Of a stretch of 64,000 nt of DNA, positions 53,847 to 63,660 are shown piece after piece. Position 1 is the stretch's first letter. Each line of letters starts with the position of its first letter. The position numbers and the translations under genes were made by a program. The notes beneath the pieces were generated by a model that searched no databases, was not told the origin of the DNA, and saw only the letters and a list, made by a program, of their open reading frames with translations. Source of the stretch: Rubricoccaceae bacterium (GTDB taxonomy: Bacteria; Bacteroidota; Rhodothermia; Rhodothermales; Rubricoccaceae); contig CAVWRT010000003.1 in the NCBI GenBank assembly GCA_963757585.1, positions 5,521 to 69,520 on the forward strand. The letters run 5' to 3'.

Positions 53847-55217
53847 ATGCTTCGACTGACCGCTCTCGTTCTGCTGGCCCTGTCCGCCTCGGCGTGCGCG
53901 TCGGCCCAGGTGCCCCCGCCCCCGCAACTCGACCGCGGCGTGCTGGAGCGGCCGGCGGCGGAGCGGCCGGTGACCTTGATGGAGTCCGAGGCGGCCCCGG
54001 CGGACCGGCCGCGCAACGTGATCCTGATGATCGCCGACGGCTTCGGCCCGGCCTCGGCCACGCTCGGGGCCGCGGCCAAGGGCGCGCCGCTGGCCTTCGA
54101 CAGCCTGCTGGTCGGCGCCGTCGAGACCTCGGCGACCGATAGCCGCGTGACCGACTCGGCAGCGTCGGCGACGGCCTACGCCTGCGGCATCAAGACCTAC
54201 AACGGCGCCATCGCCGTCGACACGCTGCGCCAGCCGTGCCGCACGGTCCTCGAAGCCGCCGAGGCGGCCGGGCTCGCGACGGGGCTCGTGGCCACCAGCC
54301 GCATCACGCACGCCACGCCGGCCTCGTTCGCGGCGCACGTCGAGTCGCGCGCCCAGGAGCAAGAGATCGCGCGCCAGTTCGCAGCGTCCGGCGTGGACCT
54401 GCTGCTCGGCGGCGGGCTGGGCTCGTTCACCGGCGACGGCAACGCCGACCTGCTCGCGACCATGCGCGCCGACGGCTGGACGGTGGCCCAGACGCGCGCC
54501 GAGTACGATGCGATCTCGGCGCTGCCCGCCGCGGCCTTGCTGGCGCCCTCGCACCTCGCCTACGAGGTCGACCGCGACGAGACGGACCAGCCCTCGCTGG
54601 CGGAGATGACCGCGCGTGCGCTCGACCTGCTGGCGGCGTCGGCCGGGGAGCAGGGCTTTTTCGTGATGGTCGAGGGCAGCCGCATCGACCACGCCGCACA
54701 CGGCAACGACCCGGTCGGGCATCTGCACGACATCCTGGCCTACGACCGCGCCGTCGAGGCGGCCCTGGCTTGGGCCGCGCGCGACGGCAACACGCTGGTG
54801 ATCTCGACGGCCGACCACGAGACGGGCGGCATGACGCTGGGTCGCGACGGCGTCTACGCCTGGGACCCGGCGCCGCTGCTGGCCGCGACGGCCAGCTTCG
54901 AGTCCATGACGCCGCGCATCGTGGCGGGCGAAGACCCGGCCGAGGTCGTCCGCACCACGCTGGGCCTGGACGCCTTGCCCGACGGCGCCGCCGAAGCGAT
55001 CCGCGGCGCGGTCTCGTCGGGCGACGACGCGGTGATCCGCTCTCTGCTCGACGAGCTGCTCGGCGAGACCGCCCGCGTCGGCTGGACGACGTCGGGGCAC
55101 TCGGGCGTCGACGTCGGCTTGTACGCCTGGGGGCCGGGCGCCGACCGGTTCCGCGGCCGGATGGTCAACGCCGAGGTCGGCCGGGCGCTGTTCGACGTCC
55201 TGGGCTTGACTCCCTGA
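53847..55217 (+). CDS. Alkaline phosphatase (PhoA family), probable lipoprotein
   Basis: NVILMIADGFG, TDSAASAT, THATPA, EGSRIDHAAH, TADHETGG. Confidence 0.92.
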   Translation: MLRLTALVLLALSASACASAQVPPPPQLDRGVLERPAAERPVTLMESEAAPADRPRNVILMIADGFGPASATLGAAAKGAPLAFDSLLVGAVETSATDSRVTDSAASATAYACGIKTYNGAIAVDTLRQPCRTVLEAAEAAGLATGLVATSRITHATPASFAAHVESRAQEQEIARQFAASGVDLLLGGGLGSFTGDGNADLLATMRADGWTVAQTRAEYDAISALPAAALLAPSHLAYEVDRDETDQPSLAEMTARALDLLAASAGEQGFFVMVEGSRIDHAAHGNDPVGHLHDILAYDRAVEAALAWAARDGNTLVISTADHETGGMTLGRDGVYAWDPAPLLAATASFESMTPRIVAGEDPAEVVRTTLGLDALPDGAAEAIRGAVSSGDDAVIRSLLDELLGETARVGWTTSGHSGVDVGLYAWGPGADRFRGRMVNAEVGRALFDVLGLTP

Positions 55218-55222
55218 CGCCT

Positions 55223-55262
55223 CCCGCCTCGGTTGCTCGGTGGACCGACTCACCGAGGCGGG
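55223..55262. repeat. Motif inverted pair after alkaline phosphatase
   Basis: CCCGCCTCGGT...ACCGAGGCGGG with inner TCGGT/ACCGA stem. Confidence 0.82.
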
Positions 55263-55409
55263 CAGGGTCGGTGGCGTTTCGTGCCTGCTCCGCTGCCAAA
55301 TCAACCGCTCGGGTTTAGACCCTCATGGCACAGGCTGACGCACCCCCGCGACTTCGCGATAGCGGCCAGAGTCGCCAGCGCGGCGACGTCGTGAGGGGCG
55401 CGTCATGGT

Positions 55410-55862
55410 CTAGAAGCCGAGGCCGCCGAGGTGTGTGAACGAACGGTCGAACGTATCTATGGCCTCCAGCCCGATCATGGTGAACTCTGAGCCGATGAGC
55501 GTCCGAAACGTGGTCACGGCAACGTAGCGCCCGCCGAGGTCATAGTAGGCTAGGTCGTCGGTCCGCTGACCGTCAAGCTCCGAGGCGATTGTGTTAGCAA
55601 AGACGCCGTTGAGCGTCTGACATGCTGCGGCGTCGGTCTCCGAGCGGAGCAGGCGGGCGTCGCCCGGACCCACGGTCGTGAGTCCAACCTTCGACTTGTA
55701 CGACGACTCGTCCGTCGTTTGGAGAAACCAGGTCATGACCTCGGCGGCCCGGTTCGACTCCAACGGACAGAGACCGCCAGACGGTACGCCATCGTGGGGA
55801 ACTGCCCCGAGCGCAAGCGCGGCCACAAGGAAGAGAAGAATGTGGAGCATGGTACGTGGCAT
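55410..55862 (-). CDS. Small secreted hypothetical protein (candidate immunity protein)
   Basis: Hydrophobic signal peptide, two Cys, atypical codon usage; directly downstream of the JAB-domain lipoprotein. Confidence 0.65.
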   Translation of the reverse strand: MPRTMLHILLFLVAALALGAVPHDGVPSGGLCPLESNRAAEVMTWFLQTTDESSYKSKVGLTTVGPGDARLLRSETDAAACQTLNGVFANTIASELDGQRTDDLAYYDLGGRYVAVTTFRTLIGSEFTMIGLEAIDTFDRSFTHLGGLGF

Positions 55863-55911
55863 GGAAGCTCGAGTGTGGAACGGGTGTGGCGGGGTGATGG
55901 TGCGGGCGGGG

Positions 55912-57243
55912 TCAGTATCCGCAACGGTCGTACTCGGCGGTCACGGCCCCCGTCAGGTCAAACACGTAGATCTTCTCCTCGTCAATGACGAAGCCGCGCG
56001 CGTAGCCAAGGGCCGCCAGCATCAGGCCATCCGCGGGGCCTGGACCTGACTTGTACTGTCTGCTTAAACCGTCCTTGCTGGACTTGTAGCCCTCGCCGTC
56101 ACGGAACGGGTGGGTGTGAATCGGGACGGCCCCCGGCGCCAGCGTCGAGGCGTGCGGCACCTTGGGGCTGGCGCGGTCCCAGGTCCGGAACGCATACTGG
56201 TCGTCTTGGAGGAACGGCTGGACGAGCCACCCGCCCAATCCGTCGGGCACAGCCATGCCGAACGTCTCCTGGCGGTCCTGATAGCGGCTCACGTCCATGT
56301 TGCTCGCGTCGCGCATCAACTGGGCGCCGGTGGCGAACCCCGGGGCGTCGATGACTGGGTCGCCGGTGTCGCACGGCTCAGGATCGTCAGGGCCATCGGG
56401 GTCCCCGCTCGGGGGTGGATTCTCCGCGTCCTTGGGGTCGAGCACGATCACGCCCGGCCCGTACGGCCCGCACCCCGGCTGGCCCGGGTCGACCTCGCAG
56501 TCGGGGTCGCCGCCACCGCCTCCGCCATCGCAGACATACTCCTGCCGCCAGCCCGTCTGCCAGTCGCTGCACGGCCCCCAACTGTAGCTGCTGCAGTACT
56601 CGTACTCGACCCACTCCCAGTAGCAAGCGCTCGCGCTGGCCAGCACCAGATTCGCCAGCGGCAGGCACGAGAGCGTCGCCAGGGGCGAGACGGACAACAT
56701 GAAGCTTGCGAGTGGCCGACTGGGCACAGCGAGTGACGCGGTGGCGCGACGGCCCGGCCCGGCCATCCGCGCCCCCCGCCAGTCTCCCGGCCTCCCGACT
56801 CGGGCGCCCGCCAGCGCCTCTATCACCAAGTCCATCGCATGGTCGGTGTCCGGGATGAGGCACTCGGCCTCTCGCACCACCGTCAGGTCGCTCTCGCCCG
56901 GGCTCTCGCGCCCGAACCGGAGCCGGACGAGCCGGGTCCGCCCGCCGGCCGCGTCGAGCACGTCGGCGGGGAAGCGGAGCTTGACGGAGTCGAAGCGGTA
57001 CCGCCGAGCTGGGAGCGCGCCAGGGTTGGGGCTTGAGACCGAGCACCGGAGGTGGCCACGGCCCTTGCCGCGAGCTTCACCGCTGCGGGCGAGGGCAGGA
57101 ACGGCTGGCTGGGGACCTGCCAGAGCCACGTCGGCTGGGACGTCATCGCCTCCACTCGCTACTCCACTCCCGTCGCACCCGGCGACGAACAACGTACCGG
57201 CCACGACCGCTACTAGAAGAAAGTGGGGGGGCAAAGAGTTCAT
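55912..57243 (-). CDS. Lipoprotein with Cys/Gly/Pro linker and C-terminal JAB/MPN-like domain
   Basis: Lipobox FVAGC; RQETFG...IHTHP...GPGPAD resembling the JAMM E..HxH..SxxD motif. Confidence 0.65.
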   Translation of the reverse strand: MNSLPPHFLLVAVVAGTLFVAGCDGSGVASGGDDVPADVALAGPQPAVPALARSGEARGKGRGHLRCSVSSPNPGALPARRYRFDSVKLRFPADVLDAAGGRTRLVRLRFGRESPGESDLTVVREAECLIPDTDHAMDLVIEALAGARVGRPGDWRGARMAGPGRRATASLAVPSRPLASFMLSVSPLATLSCLPLANLVLASASACYWEWVEYEYCSSYSWGPCSDWQTGWRQEYVCDGGGGGGDPDCEVDPGQPGCGPYGPGVIVLDPKDAENPPPSGDPDGPDDPEPCDTGDPVIDAPGFATGAQLMRDASNMDVSRYQDRQETFGMAVPDGLGGWLVQPFLQDDQYAFRTWDRASPKVPHASTLAPGAVPIHTHPFRDGEGYKSSKDGLSRQYKSGPGPADGLMLAALGYARGFVIDEEKIYVFDLTGAVTAEYDRCGY

Positions 57244-57440
57244 GCTGATGCGTCGATGACGCCGCATTGGGTAAGAAACGGTGAGCACGTCCGCAAGTGC
57301 GACCGCCGGACAGCCCACTGTGTCACAAGCGGCGGAAGGCGGACGATGCCGTACGCCAGGCGCTGTCCGGAGTGCTCGGCCAGGAGCGGGACACCGACGG
57401 AGGCGGTTCGCACGCTACGACGACGCGACGGAACGGGTGC

Positions 57441-57470
57441 GCCCACCTCGGCAGGCCAGCCGAGGCGGGC
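57441..57470. repeat. Motif inverted pair in divergent spacer
   Basis: GCCCACCTCGGC-aggcca-GCCGAGGCGGGC. Confidence 0.82.
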
Positions 57471-57546
57471 CGGGCACGCTCCGGAGGCCGTGTGACACAG
57501 CGGGCGTCAGTCGCCGTCGCGACACTGGGGCGATCTTTCCTCCCTC

Positions 57547-59277
57547 ATGGACACCGACCGCGCCGAATTCGTCATCGTCGACACCGAGACCACGGGGTCC
57601 CGGGCGGGTGACGACAAACTCATCGAGATTGGCGCGGCCCGCCTGGTCGGCGGCGAGATCGTGGACACGTTCCAGCAGCTCATCGACCCCGGCTGCCACG
57701 TGCCCAACCGGATCACGCGCTTGACCGGGATCTCGACGGGCATGGTCTACGGACAGCCGTCGGCGGCCGAGGTGCTGCCCGGCTTTGTGGAGTTCCTGGG
57801 CGACGCGATCCTGGTCGCGCACAACCTGCCCTTCGACGCCCGCTTTCTCGACGTCGCGCTGGCCGACGCCGGAATGCCTCCGCTGCAAAACCCGTCGCTC
57901 GACACGCTGCGCCTGGCGCGCCGGCTGCTGTCGTCGCTGCCGTCGAAAGGGCTCAGCAAGCTGACGCAGCACTTCGGCATCACCGTCAACGGCCGCCACC
58001 GCGCGCTCGGGGACGCCGAGGCGACGGCCAAGCTGCTGGTGATCCTGCTGGAGCGCCTGCGCCTGGAGTTCGACGTCACGACCGTCGACGGCCTGCTCGA
58101 CTTTCAGCGGCGGCGCTACAAAGACACCCGGCGCGAGCCGCGCCACCTCAAGAAGATCCGCGACGAGACGCTGCCGCTCGTGCCCGACCGGCCGGGCGTC
58201 TACTTTATGCGCGACGGCCGCGGCTCGGTGATCTACGTCGGCAAGGCCAAAAGCTTGCGCAACCGCGTGCGCAGCTACTTCTCGGCCGTCGAGGCGCACG
58301 TGCCCAAGACGCGCAAGCTGGTGCGCGACGTGCGCGAGGTGACCTGGCGCGAGACTGGGACCGAGCTGTCGGCGCTCTTGGAGGAGTCCAAGCTGATCAA
58401 AAACCACCTGCCGGTCTACAACCGCGCCCTGCGCCGCTACCGCGACTACCCGTTTATCCGGCTCGACACCACGCACCGCGCGCCGACGCTGAGCTGGACG
58501 CCGCGCATCGCGAACGACGGCGCCGAGTACTACGGCCCGCTGGGCCGGCGCGGCCAGGCCGAGGAACTGGTCGAGCTGATCGGGCGCCTGTTCCAGCTGC
58601 GCGAGTGCGCCGACAACGTCTACGACCTGGGCCGGCCGTGCCTGTACCACGAGATGGGGCGCTGCGGCGCGCCGTGCCTGGGCGGCGACGCGCTGGAGCA
58701 GTACGAGCTCGAGGTCGACCGCGTGCGCCGCTTTCTGACGGGTCAGGACGCCGAGGCGGTCGACCTGGTCGAGGAGGCCATGCGCCAGGCCGCCGCCACG
58801 CGCGAGTACGAGGCCGCCGGCTGGTACCGCGACCAGCTCCACCGCCTGCAGCGGACGATGGGCCGGCAGCGCCGCATCGCGTCGGCGGTGCACGAGCACC
58901 ACGCGGTCTTGGTGGAGCCGTTGGCGCCCGGGTACGACGGGCTGGAGGGCGGCGCCCAGCTGTTCCTGATCCGCTACGGCCGCCTGGCCGGCCGCGTGGA
59001 CCTGCCCAGCGACCCCGGCCCCGACGAGCTGGCCGACCTGCGCGAGTCGCTGGCGGAGACCTTCGACCCCGACCTGGCGCCGCCCGAGTCGCACTTGCGC
59101 CCCGACGTGGACGAGATGCGGATGCTGGCCAACTGGATGCGGCTGCACCCCGACGGGGCGCGGCAGGTGCGCTGGCGCCCGGGCGTCCGCCTCGGCGCGT
59201 TCGTGGACCAGGTCACCGCCGCGGCGCGCGAGGCCGTCCCCCAGACCGAGCCGGAAATGGACGAGACGGACGGCTAA
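57547..59277 (+). CDS. DEDDh 3'-5' exonuclease (DnaQ-like) fused to UvrC-like GIY-YIG, Cys-cluster and UVR domains
   Basis: DTETTG, AHNLPFD, HRALGDA; GVYFM...IYVGKAKSLRNRVRSYF; LREC..RPCLY..GRCGAPC; YEAAGWYRD. Confidence 0.92.
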   Translation: MDTDRAEFVIVDTETTGSRAGDDKLIEIGAARLVGGEIVDTFQQLIDPGCHVPNRITRLTGISTGMVYGQPSAAEVLPGFVEFLGDAILVAHNLPFDARFLDVALADAGMPPLQNPSLDTLRLARRLLSSLPSKGLSKLTQHFGITVNGRHRALGDAEATAKLLVILLERLRLEFDVTTVDGLLDFQRRRYKDTRREPRHLKKIRDETLPLVPDRPGVYFMRDGRGSVIYVGKAKSLRNRVRSYFSAVEAHVPKTRKLVRDVREVTWRETGTELSALLEESKLIKNHLPVYNRALRRYRDYPFIRLDTTHRAPTLSWTPRIANDGAEYYGPLGRRGQAEELVELIGRLFQLRECADNVYDLGRPCLYHEMGRCGAPCLGGDALEQYELEVDRVRRFLTGQDAEAVDLVEEAMRQAAATREYEAAGWYRDQLHRLQRTMGRQRRIASAVHEHHAVLVEPLAPGYDGLEGGAQLFLIRYGRLAGRVDLPSDPGPDELADLRESLAETFDPDLAPPESHLRPDVDEMRMLANWMRLHPDGARQVRWRPGVRLGAFVDQVTAAAREAVPQTEPEMDETDG

Positions 59278-59300
59278 GGCGCGAGAGCGCCCTCAGCCCG

Positions 59301-59432
59301 CTACTTCTTTTTGGCCGGGAGCGCCACGTGCTTCGCGTCCTCGACGGCCTTTTTCTGGCGCCGCGTCTCGGTGTCCTTGGCCGTTTTCTGCCCGGCCTTC
59401 TTCTGCGTCGACTTCGGGGACTTGTCGCCCAT
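59301..59432 (-). CDS. 43-aa Lys-rich small protein (not in ORF track)
   Basis: Hand translation MGDKSPKSTQKKAGQKTAKDTETRRQKKAVEDAKHVALPAKKK; GC3-rich codons; TACCTT hexamer upstream. Confidence 0.6.
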   Translation of the reverse strand: MGDKSPKSTQKKAGQKTAKDTETRRQKKAVEDAKHVALPAKKK

Positions 59433-59543
59433 GACGGATACCGCAAAGGTGAATGCCGTTGCCGACCGGCCCGAGAAGGTAGGCCGTCGAGCCTCCGGCC
59501 CAACCCGAAGGCCAAAACAAATGGGCGTCGGTCCTGACGCGCG

Positions 59544-61343
59544 CTACCCCACCACGTCGTCGGCCACGAACTGGCGCTCGGCGAGGGAGGCGTAGAGCCC
59601 GCCGTGGGCGACCAGCTCGTCGTGCGTGCCCGTCTCGACCACGGCGCCGGCGTCGAGCACCACGATGCGGTCGGCCTGGCGGACGGTGGCAAGGCGGTGG
59701 GCGATCACGATCGTGGTGCGGCCCTGCATCAGGTCGGCGAGCGCGTCCTGGACGGCCGCCTCGGACTCGGCGTCGAGCGCCGACGTGGCCTCGTCGAGCA
59801 GCAGGATGGGCGGGTCTTTCAACAGCGCCCGGGCGATCGAGACGCGCTGGCGCTGGCCGCCGGACAGCTTGACGCCGCGCTCGCCGACGGGCGTGTCGTA
59901 GCCCTCGGGCAGCGCCGCGATAAAGTCGTGGGCGTTCGCCGCGCGCGCCGCCGCCTCGACCTCGCGGTCCGTGGCGTCGAGGCGGCCGTAGCGGATGTTG
60001 TCACGGAGCGAGACGCCGAACAGCTGCACGTCCTGGGCCACGAGCGCGACGGCCTGCCGGACGCTCTCGACCGTCGCGTCTCGCAGGTCGACGCCGTCGA
60101 TGGTGACCGCGCCGGCGTCGGGGTCGTAGAAGCGGGGGATCAGGTGGAGCAGCGTCGTCTTGCCGGCGCCGCTCGGGCCCACCAGCGCGACCGTCTCGCC
60201 AGGCGCGACCGCCAGCGACACGTCGCGCAAGATGGGCCGGGCGGAGTCGTAGCCGAACGTGACGCGGTCGAGCGCGACCCCGCCCTGCACGTCACCGAGG
60301 CGGGTGGCCCCGGCCGCCTCGGTCACCTCGGGGACCGAGTCGAGCAGCTCGAACAGCCGGTCCGAGGCGCCGGCCGCGCTCTGGAACGACGTGTAGATGC
60401 GGCCCGCCCCGGCCACGCTCCGGGCGATGTTTAGGGCGTAGACGATGAACGCGACGAGCGCGCCCGCCGTCAGCCGGTCGGCCAAGACCTCGCGGCCTCC
60501 GAACCAGAAGATGACCACGAGGGCGGTCGAGAAGCCGAAGCCGACCGCCGACCAAAACCCGGCGACGATCCAGGCGCGGCGCCGCGAGGTCTCGAACAGC
60601 TCCTCGACGGCCCCGCCGTAGCGGTCGGTCTCGTAGCTCTCGCGCGCAAACGCCTTGACCACGCGGACGCCCGAGATGGCTTCCTCGGCGATCGCCGTGG
60701 TATCGGCCAGCCGGTCCTGAATCGAGCGCGACAGCGCCCGCACCTTTTGGCCGAACGACCGCATCGCCCAGGCGACCGGCGGCACGACGGCGAAGATGAC
60801 CAGTGACAGCCGCCAGTTGAGCCCCAGCATCAGCGCCACCGAGCCGACGAGCGTCAGCGACAGCCGCAGCGCGTCGGCCACGTCGCTGGTCGCGGCCGAC
60901 TGGACCTTGTTGACGTCGTTCGTCAGGCGCGACGTGATCTCGCCGGTCCGCTGGTCGGAGAAGAAGCGCAGGCCCAGGCGGTGGAGGTGCGTGTAGAGCA
61001 GCGTGCGCAGGTCGGTCACGACGCGCTGCCCGGTCCACTCCATCAGGTACGAGCCGCCAAAGCCGAGCCCGGCCTGGAGCGCGAACAGGGCCAAGAGCGC
61101 CAGCGCCAGCTGGTCCAGCAAGGTGCTGTCGGTGGCCTCGAAGACGGAGTCCAGCAGCCGCTGCAGGCCCAGCGGCACGACCAGCCCGACGGCCGTCGAG
61201 ACCAGCGTCAGCGCGATCGCGAGCGCCAGCCGCGTGCGGTAGGGCCGGGCAAAGGCCAGGATCCGGCGCAGCGTGGCCGTCAGCGAGCGCGGCGCAGCGG
61301 CGGGGGCCTCCGCCTCGGGCAGGCTGGGGGGGGACTCGGGCAT
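59544..61343 (-). CDS. ABC exporter, fused TMD-NBD (MsbA-like)
   Basis: [33 protein letters not shown]; six TM helices. Confidence 0.95.
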   Translation of the reverse strand: MPESPPSLPEAEAPAAAPRSLTATLRRILAFARPYRTRLALAIALTLVSTAVGLVVPLGLQRLLDSVFEATDSTLLDQLALALLALFALQAGLGFGGSYLMEWTGQRVVTDLRTLLYTHLHRLGLRFFSDQRTGEITSRLTNDVNKVQSAATSDVADALRLSLTLVGSVALMLGLNWRLSLVIFAVVPPVAWAMRSFGQKVRALSRSIQDRLADTTAIAEEAISGVRVVKAFARESYETDRYGGAVEELFETSRRRAWIVAGFWSAVGFGFSTALVVIFWFGGREVLADRLTAGALVAFIVYALNIARSVAGAGRIYTSFQSAAGASDRLFELLDSVPEVTEAAGATRLGDVQGGVALDRVTFGYDSARPILRDVSLAVAPGETVALVGPSGAGKTTLLHLIPRFYDPDAGAVTIDGVDLRDATVESVRQAVALVAQDVQLFGVSLRDNIRYGRLDATDREVEAAARAANAHDFIAALPEGYDTPVGERGVKLSGGQRQRVSIARALLKDPPILLLDEATSALDAESEAAVQDALADLMQGRTTIVIAHRLATVRQADRIVVLDAGAVVETGTHDELVAHGGLYASLAERQFVADDVVG

Positions 61344-61491
61344 GGACGGTCAACGGAGCCGGGCGGGCCGGGATTCGGGCCGCTCCGTGCGAACTCGGTG
61401 GAGGCCGCCGCCGGCCCGGCGCCGCCCCGGGTCCCGTGCCGCCACTGCCCCCACCTCGGCACCGAGGCGGCTCGACCCGAGGCAGGCGGCG

Positions 61492-63660
61492 TCAGATCCG
61501 CACGCGGACTTGGACGCCCAGGTCGCTGACCCGGTTGCCCAGCACCTCGGTCGCGCCCGAGCCGATGCGCGTCACGTTGCGCAGCCAGGTCGAGGCCAGC
61601 TTGAGCTGGACGCGCACGTCGTCGGCGGGCTCGGCCGAGAGCAGCACGTAGCCGCGCACGCCTCGGCCCGACAGCGCCGGGATCGCGAACACGCCCGTCA
61701 GGTCGTTCTCGAAGGCGTAGAGCCGGGCGTCGTAGCCGTCGGTGTCGAACAGCGTCAGCCGGGCGTCGGCGCGCAGCCAGCGGCGCGCCTGCCAGCGCAC
61801 GTCCTGGTAGACCAGCGACCCGTACTGGTCCGGCGCTGCCCGGTCGGGGTCGGCGTAGCGCGAGCCCTCGACGCGCGCGCGCAGCCGGATCTGGCGGCTG
61901 GCGTCCCACTCGCCCTGCACCCGCAGCGTCTGGCGCGTCTGGGTGGAGAGCCCGCCGACGGCCGAGCCGGGGACGGTGCCGGGCACGTCGACGCCGGTTT
62001 CGCGCGTCTCGGTCCGGGTCTGGAGGTATATGCGGAGGTAGCGGCGCGGGCGGTGCTCGACGTGGAGCAGCGCCTCCGACCCCTGGGTCGGCCGCGGCTC
62101 GTTGAAGCGCAGAAACGGGAATCGGTATTGGTCGAAGTAGGCGTTGACGGTCCACGACGGCGACGGCTTGACACGCGCGCCGACGTAGAGCCCGTTCTCG
62201 TTGCGCCCGACGCCGTTGCGCTCGCCGAACGGGTAGCCGTGGAGCGTGGTGAAGTCAGGCGCGTAGCTGCGCCCGACCACCAGGAGGTCGGCGCCGCCGC
62301 CCAGGTCCAGCCCCAGCCCGCCGACGGCCCCGAGGCCGCCCCCCGCGCCTCGGGCAAGCTCGCCGAACGCGATGCCCAGGCGCGTCTTGGCGTCCGCGTA
62401 GGCGCTCGCGATGGTCGCCTGGGTGCCGGCAAAGTCGAACAGCTCGTCCGGCCGGTCGCCGCCGGCCAGCGGGGTGCCGAACCGGGACTGCGTCGCGACG
62501 ACGCCGACGCGGCCCTCGATGTCGCTCGTGGCCACGCGGTACTCGGCACCGCCCCCGAACAGCGTCTCGTCGAGCGCGTCTTTGCGCGCCAGCTCGCGGT
62601 CGGTGCGGTGCAGGCCGTCGGCGCCCAGGCTGGTCACGACCGCGTCGATGGCGCCCGGCGGCAGATCGGGGTTGCCGAAGTCGGTCGTGTCGGGCGTGAA
62701 CACGCTCGCGTCGAGCGCGCGCCGGCTGGCAAAGCCCGAGACGTACAGGCCGGGCACGACGGCCAGGCTGAGCGCCGCGCCTCGGAAAAAGTTGTTCTCG
62801 TCGACGGAGCCGTAGGGCCTCAGCCCGCGCCCGCTCCGCACCGGCCCGCCGACCGCGTCCGGGCCCTTGCCGAAGCCCGACGCCCGCCACAGCGCCAGCC
62901 CCTGGCCGTACTGCGCCGAAAAGTCGCCCAGGATGAGCGCGTCGATCCGGCCCATGTCCATCACCGCGACGTGGGCGCTCTGGTAGTCGTAGCCGTAGGT
63001 GTTCGAGCCGCCGTCGAAGCGGAACGCCTCGCCGGGGTCCTTCTCGAGCGTCACGTTGACGCTCACCTGGCGCCGATACGTCGCCTGAAGGCGGGTGTAG
63101 ATGCGCTCCGGCGAGCCGAGGTAGGTCCGCGTCGAGTCGGGCCCTCGGAAGCCGCGGCCCAGGTCCAGGCGCCGCTGCACGCGCTGGGTGCCGGTGTAGC
63201 GCAGCGCGCCGGTGATGGTTTTGACGGAGGGAGCGGCGGGAAAGCGCGGGGCGCGCTCGACAATGGCCCCCAGCTCTCGGCCGATGGTGAGGTAGGGCCG
63301 GGCGTCGAGGTAGACGTCGGCCGTGACGCCGTCGACCTGCTGCAGGGCCGGGAGCGACGTGAACGGCGCCGCGACGCGGTAGCGAACGATGGCGCCCGCG
63401 ACGATGGCGTCGAAGGCGGGAATCTGGGCCAGCTCCTCGGCAGTCGCCGTGTTGACGTCGAGCGGGTTGTCGCGCAGCGCGTTGAGCAGCTCCAGCAGCT
63501 CGGTCGGGTCGCCCGCGACGTCGTCCTCGAACAGCGCCTCGAACTCGGCCCCGACCTCCGGGTCCACCTCGGTGCTGTCGGGGACCTGGGCCATCGCTGG
63601 GCTGGCGACGGCGAGCGCGGCGGCCACCACGGCCACACCGAGGCGGGCCGACCCGGTCAA
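61492..63660 (-). CDS. ComEA-like helix-hairpin-helix protein with C-terminal outer-membrane beta-barrel
   Basis: Signal peptide; PLDVNTATAEELAQIP...IVRYR...LQQVDGV HhH; TLEKDPGE, LYAFEND; ends LGVQVRVRI. Confidence 0.82.
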   Translation of the reverse strand: MTGSARLGVAVVAAALAVASPAMAQVPDSTEVDPEVGAEFEALFEDDVAGDPTELLELLNALRDNPLDVNTATAEELAQIPAFDAIVAGAIVRYRVAAPFTSLPALQQVDGVTADVYLDARPYLTIGRELGAIVERAPRFPAAPSVKTITGALRYTGTQRVQRRLDLGRGFRGPDSTRTYLGSPERIYTRLQATYRRQVSVNVTLEKDPGEAFRFDGGSNTYGYDYQSAHVAVMDMGRIDALILGDFSAQYGQGLALWRASGFGKGPDAVGGPVRSGRGLRPYGSVDENNFFRGAALSLAVVPGLYVSGFASRRALDASVFTPDTTDFGNPDLPPGAIDAVVTSLGADGLHRTDRELARKDALDETLFGGGAEYRVATSDIEGRVGVVATQSRFGTPLAGGDRPDELFDFAGTQATIASAYADAKTRLGIAFGELARGAGGGLGAVGGLGLDLGGGADLLVVGRSYAPDFTTLHGYPFGERNGVGRNENGLYVGARVKPSPSWTVNAYFDQYRFPFLRFNEPRPTQGSEALLHVEHRPRRYLRIYLQTRTETRETGVDVPGTVPGSAVGGLSTQTRQTLRVQGEWDASRQIRLRARVEGSRYADPDRAAPDQYGSLVYQDVRWQARRWLRADARLTLFDTDGYDARLYAFENDLTGVFAIPALSGRGVRGYVLLSAEPADDVRVQLKLASTWLRNVTRIGSGATEVLGNRVSDLGVQVRVRI

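Noticed and set aside
55311..55322. GGGT-TTAG-ACCC mini-palindrome resembling a REP or att site at the island edge
   Set aside because: Only a 4-bp stem, single copy, and no integrase or matching repeat at the other edge.
59213..59692. ORF-track ORFs of 75-159 aa between the exonuclease and ABC genes
   Set aside because: They overlap neighbours and have poor composition; the 43-aa minus-strand ORF at 59301-59432 fits better.
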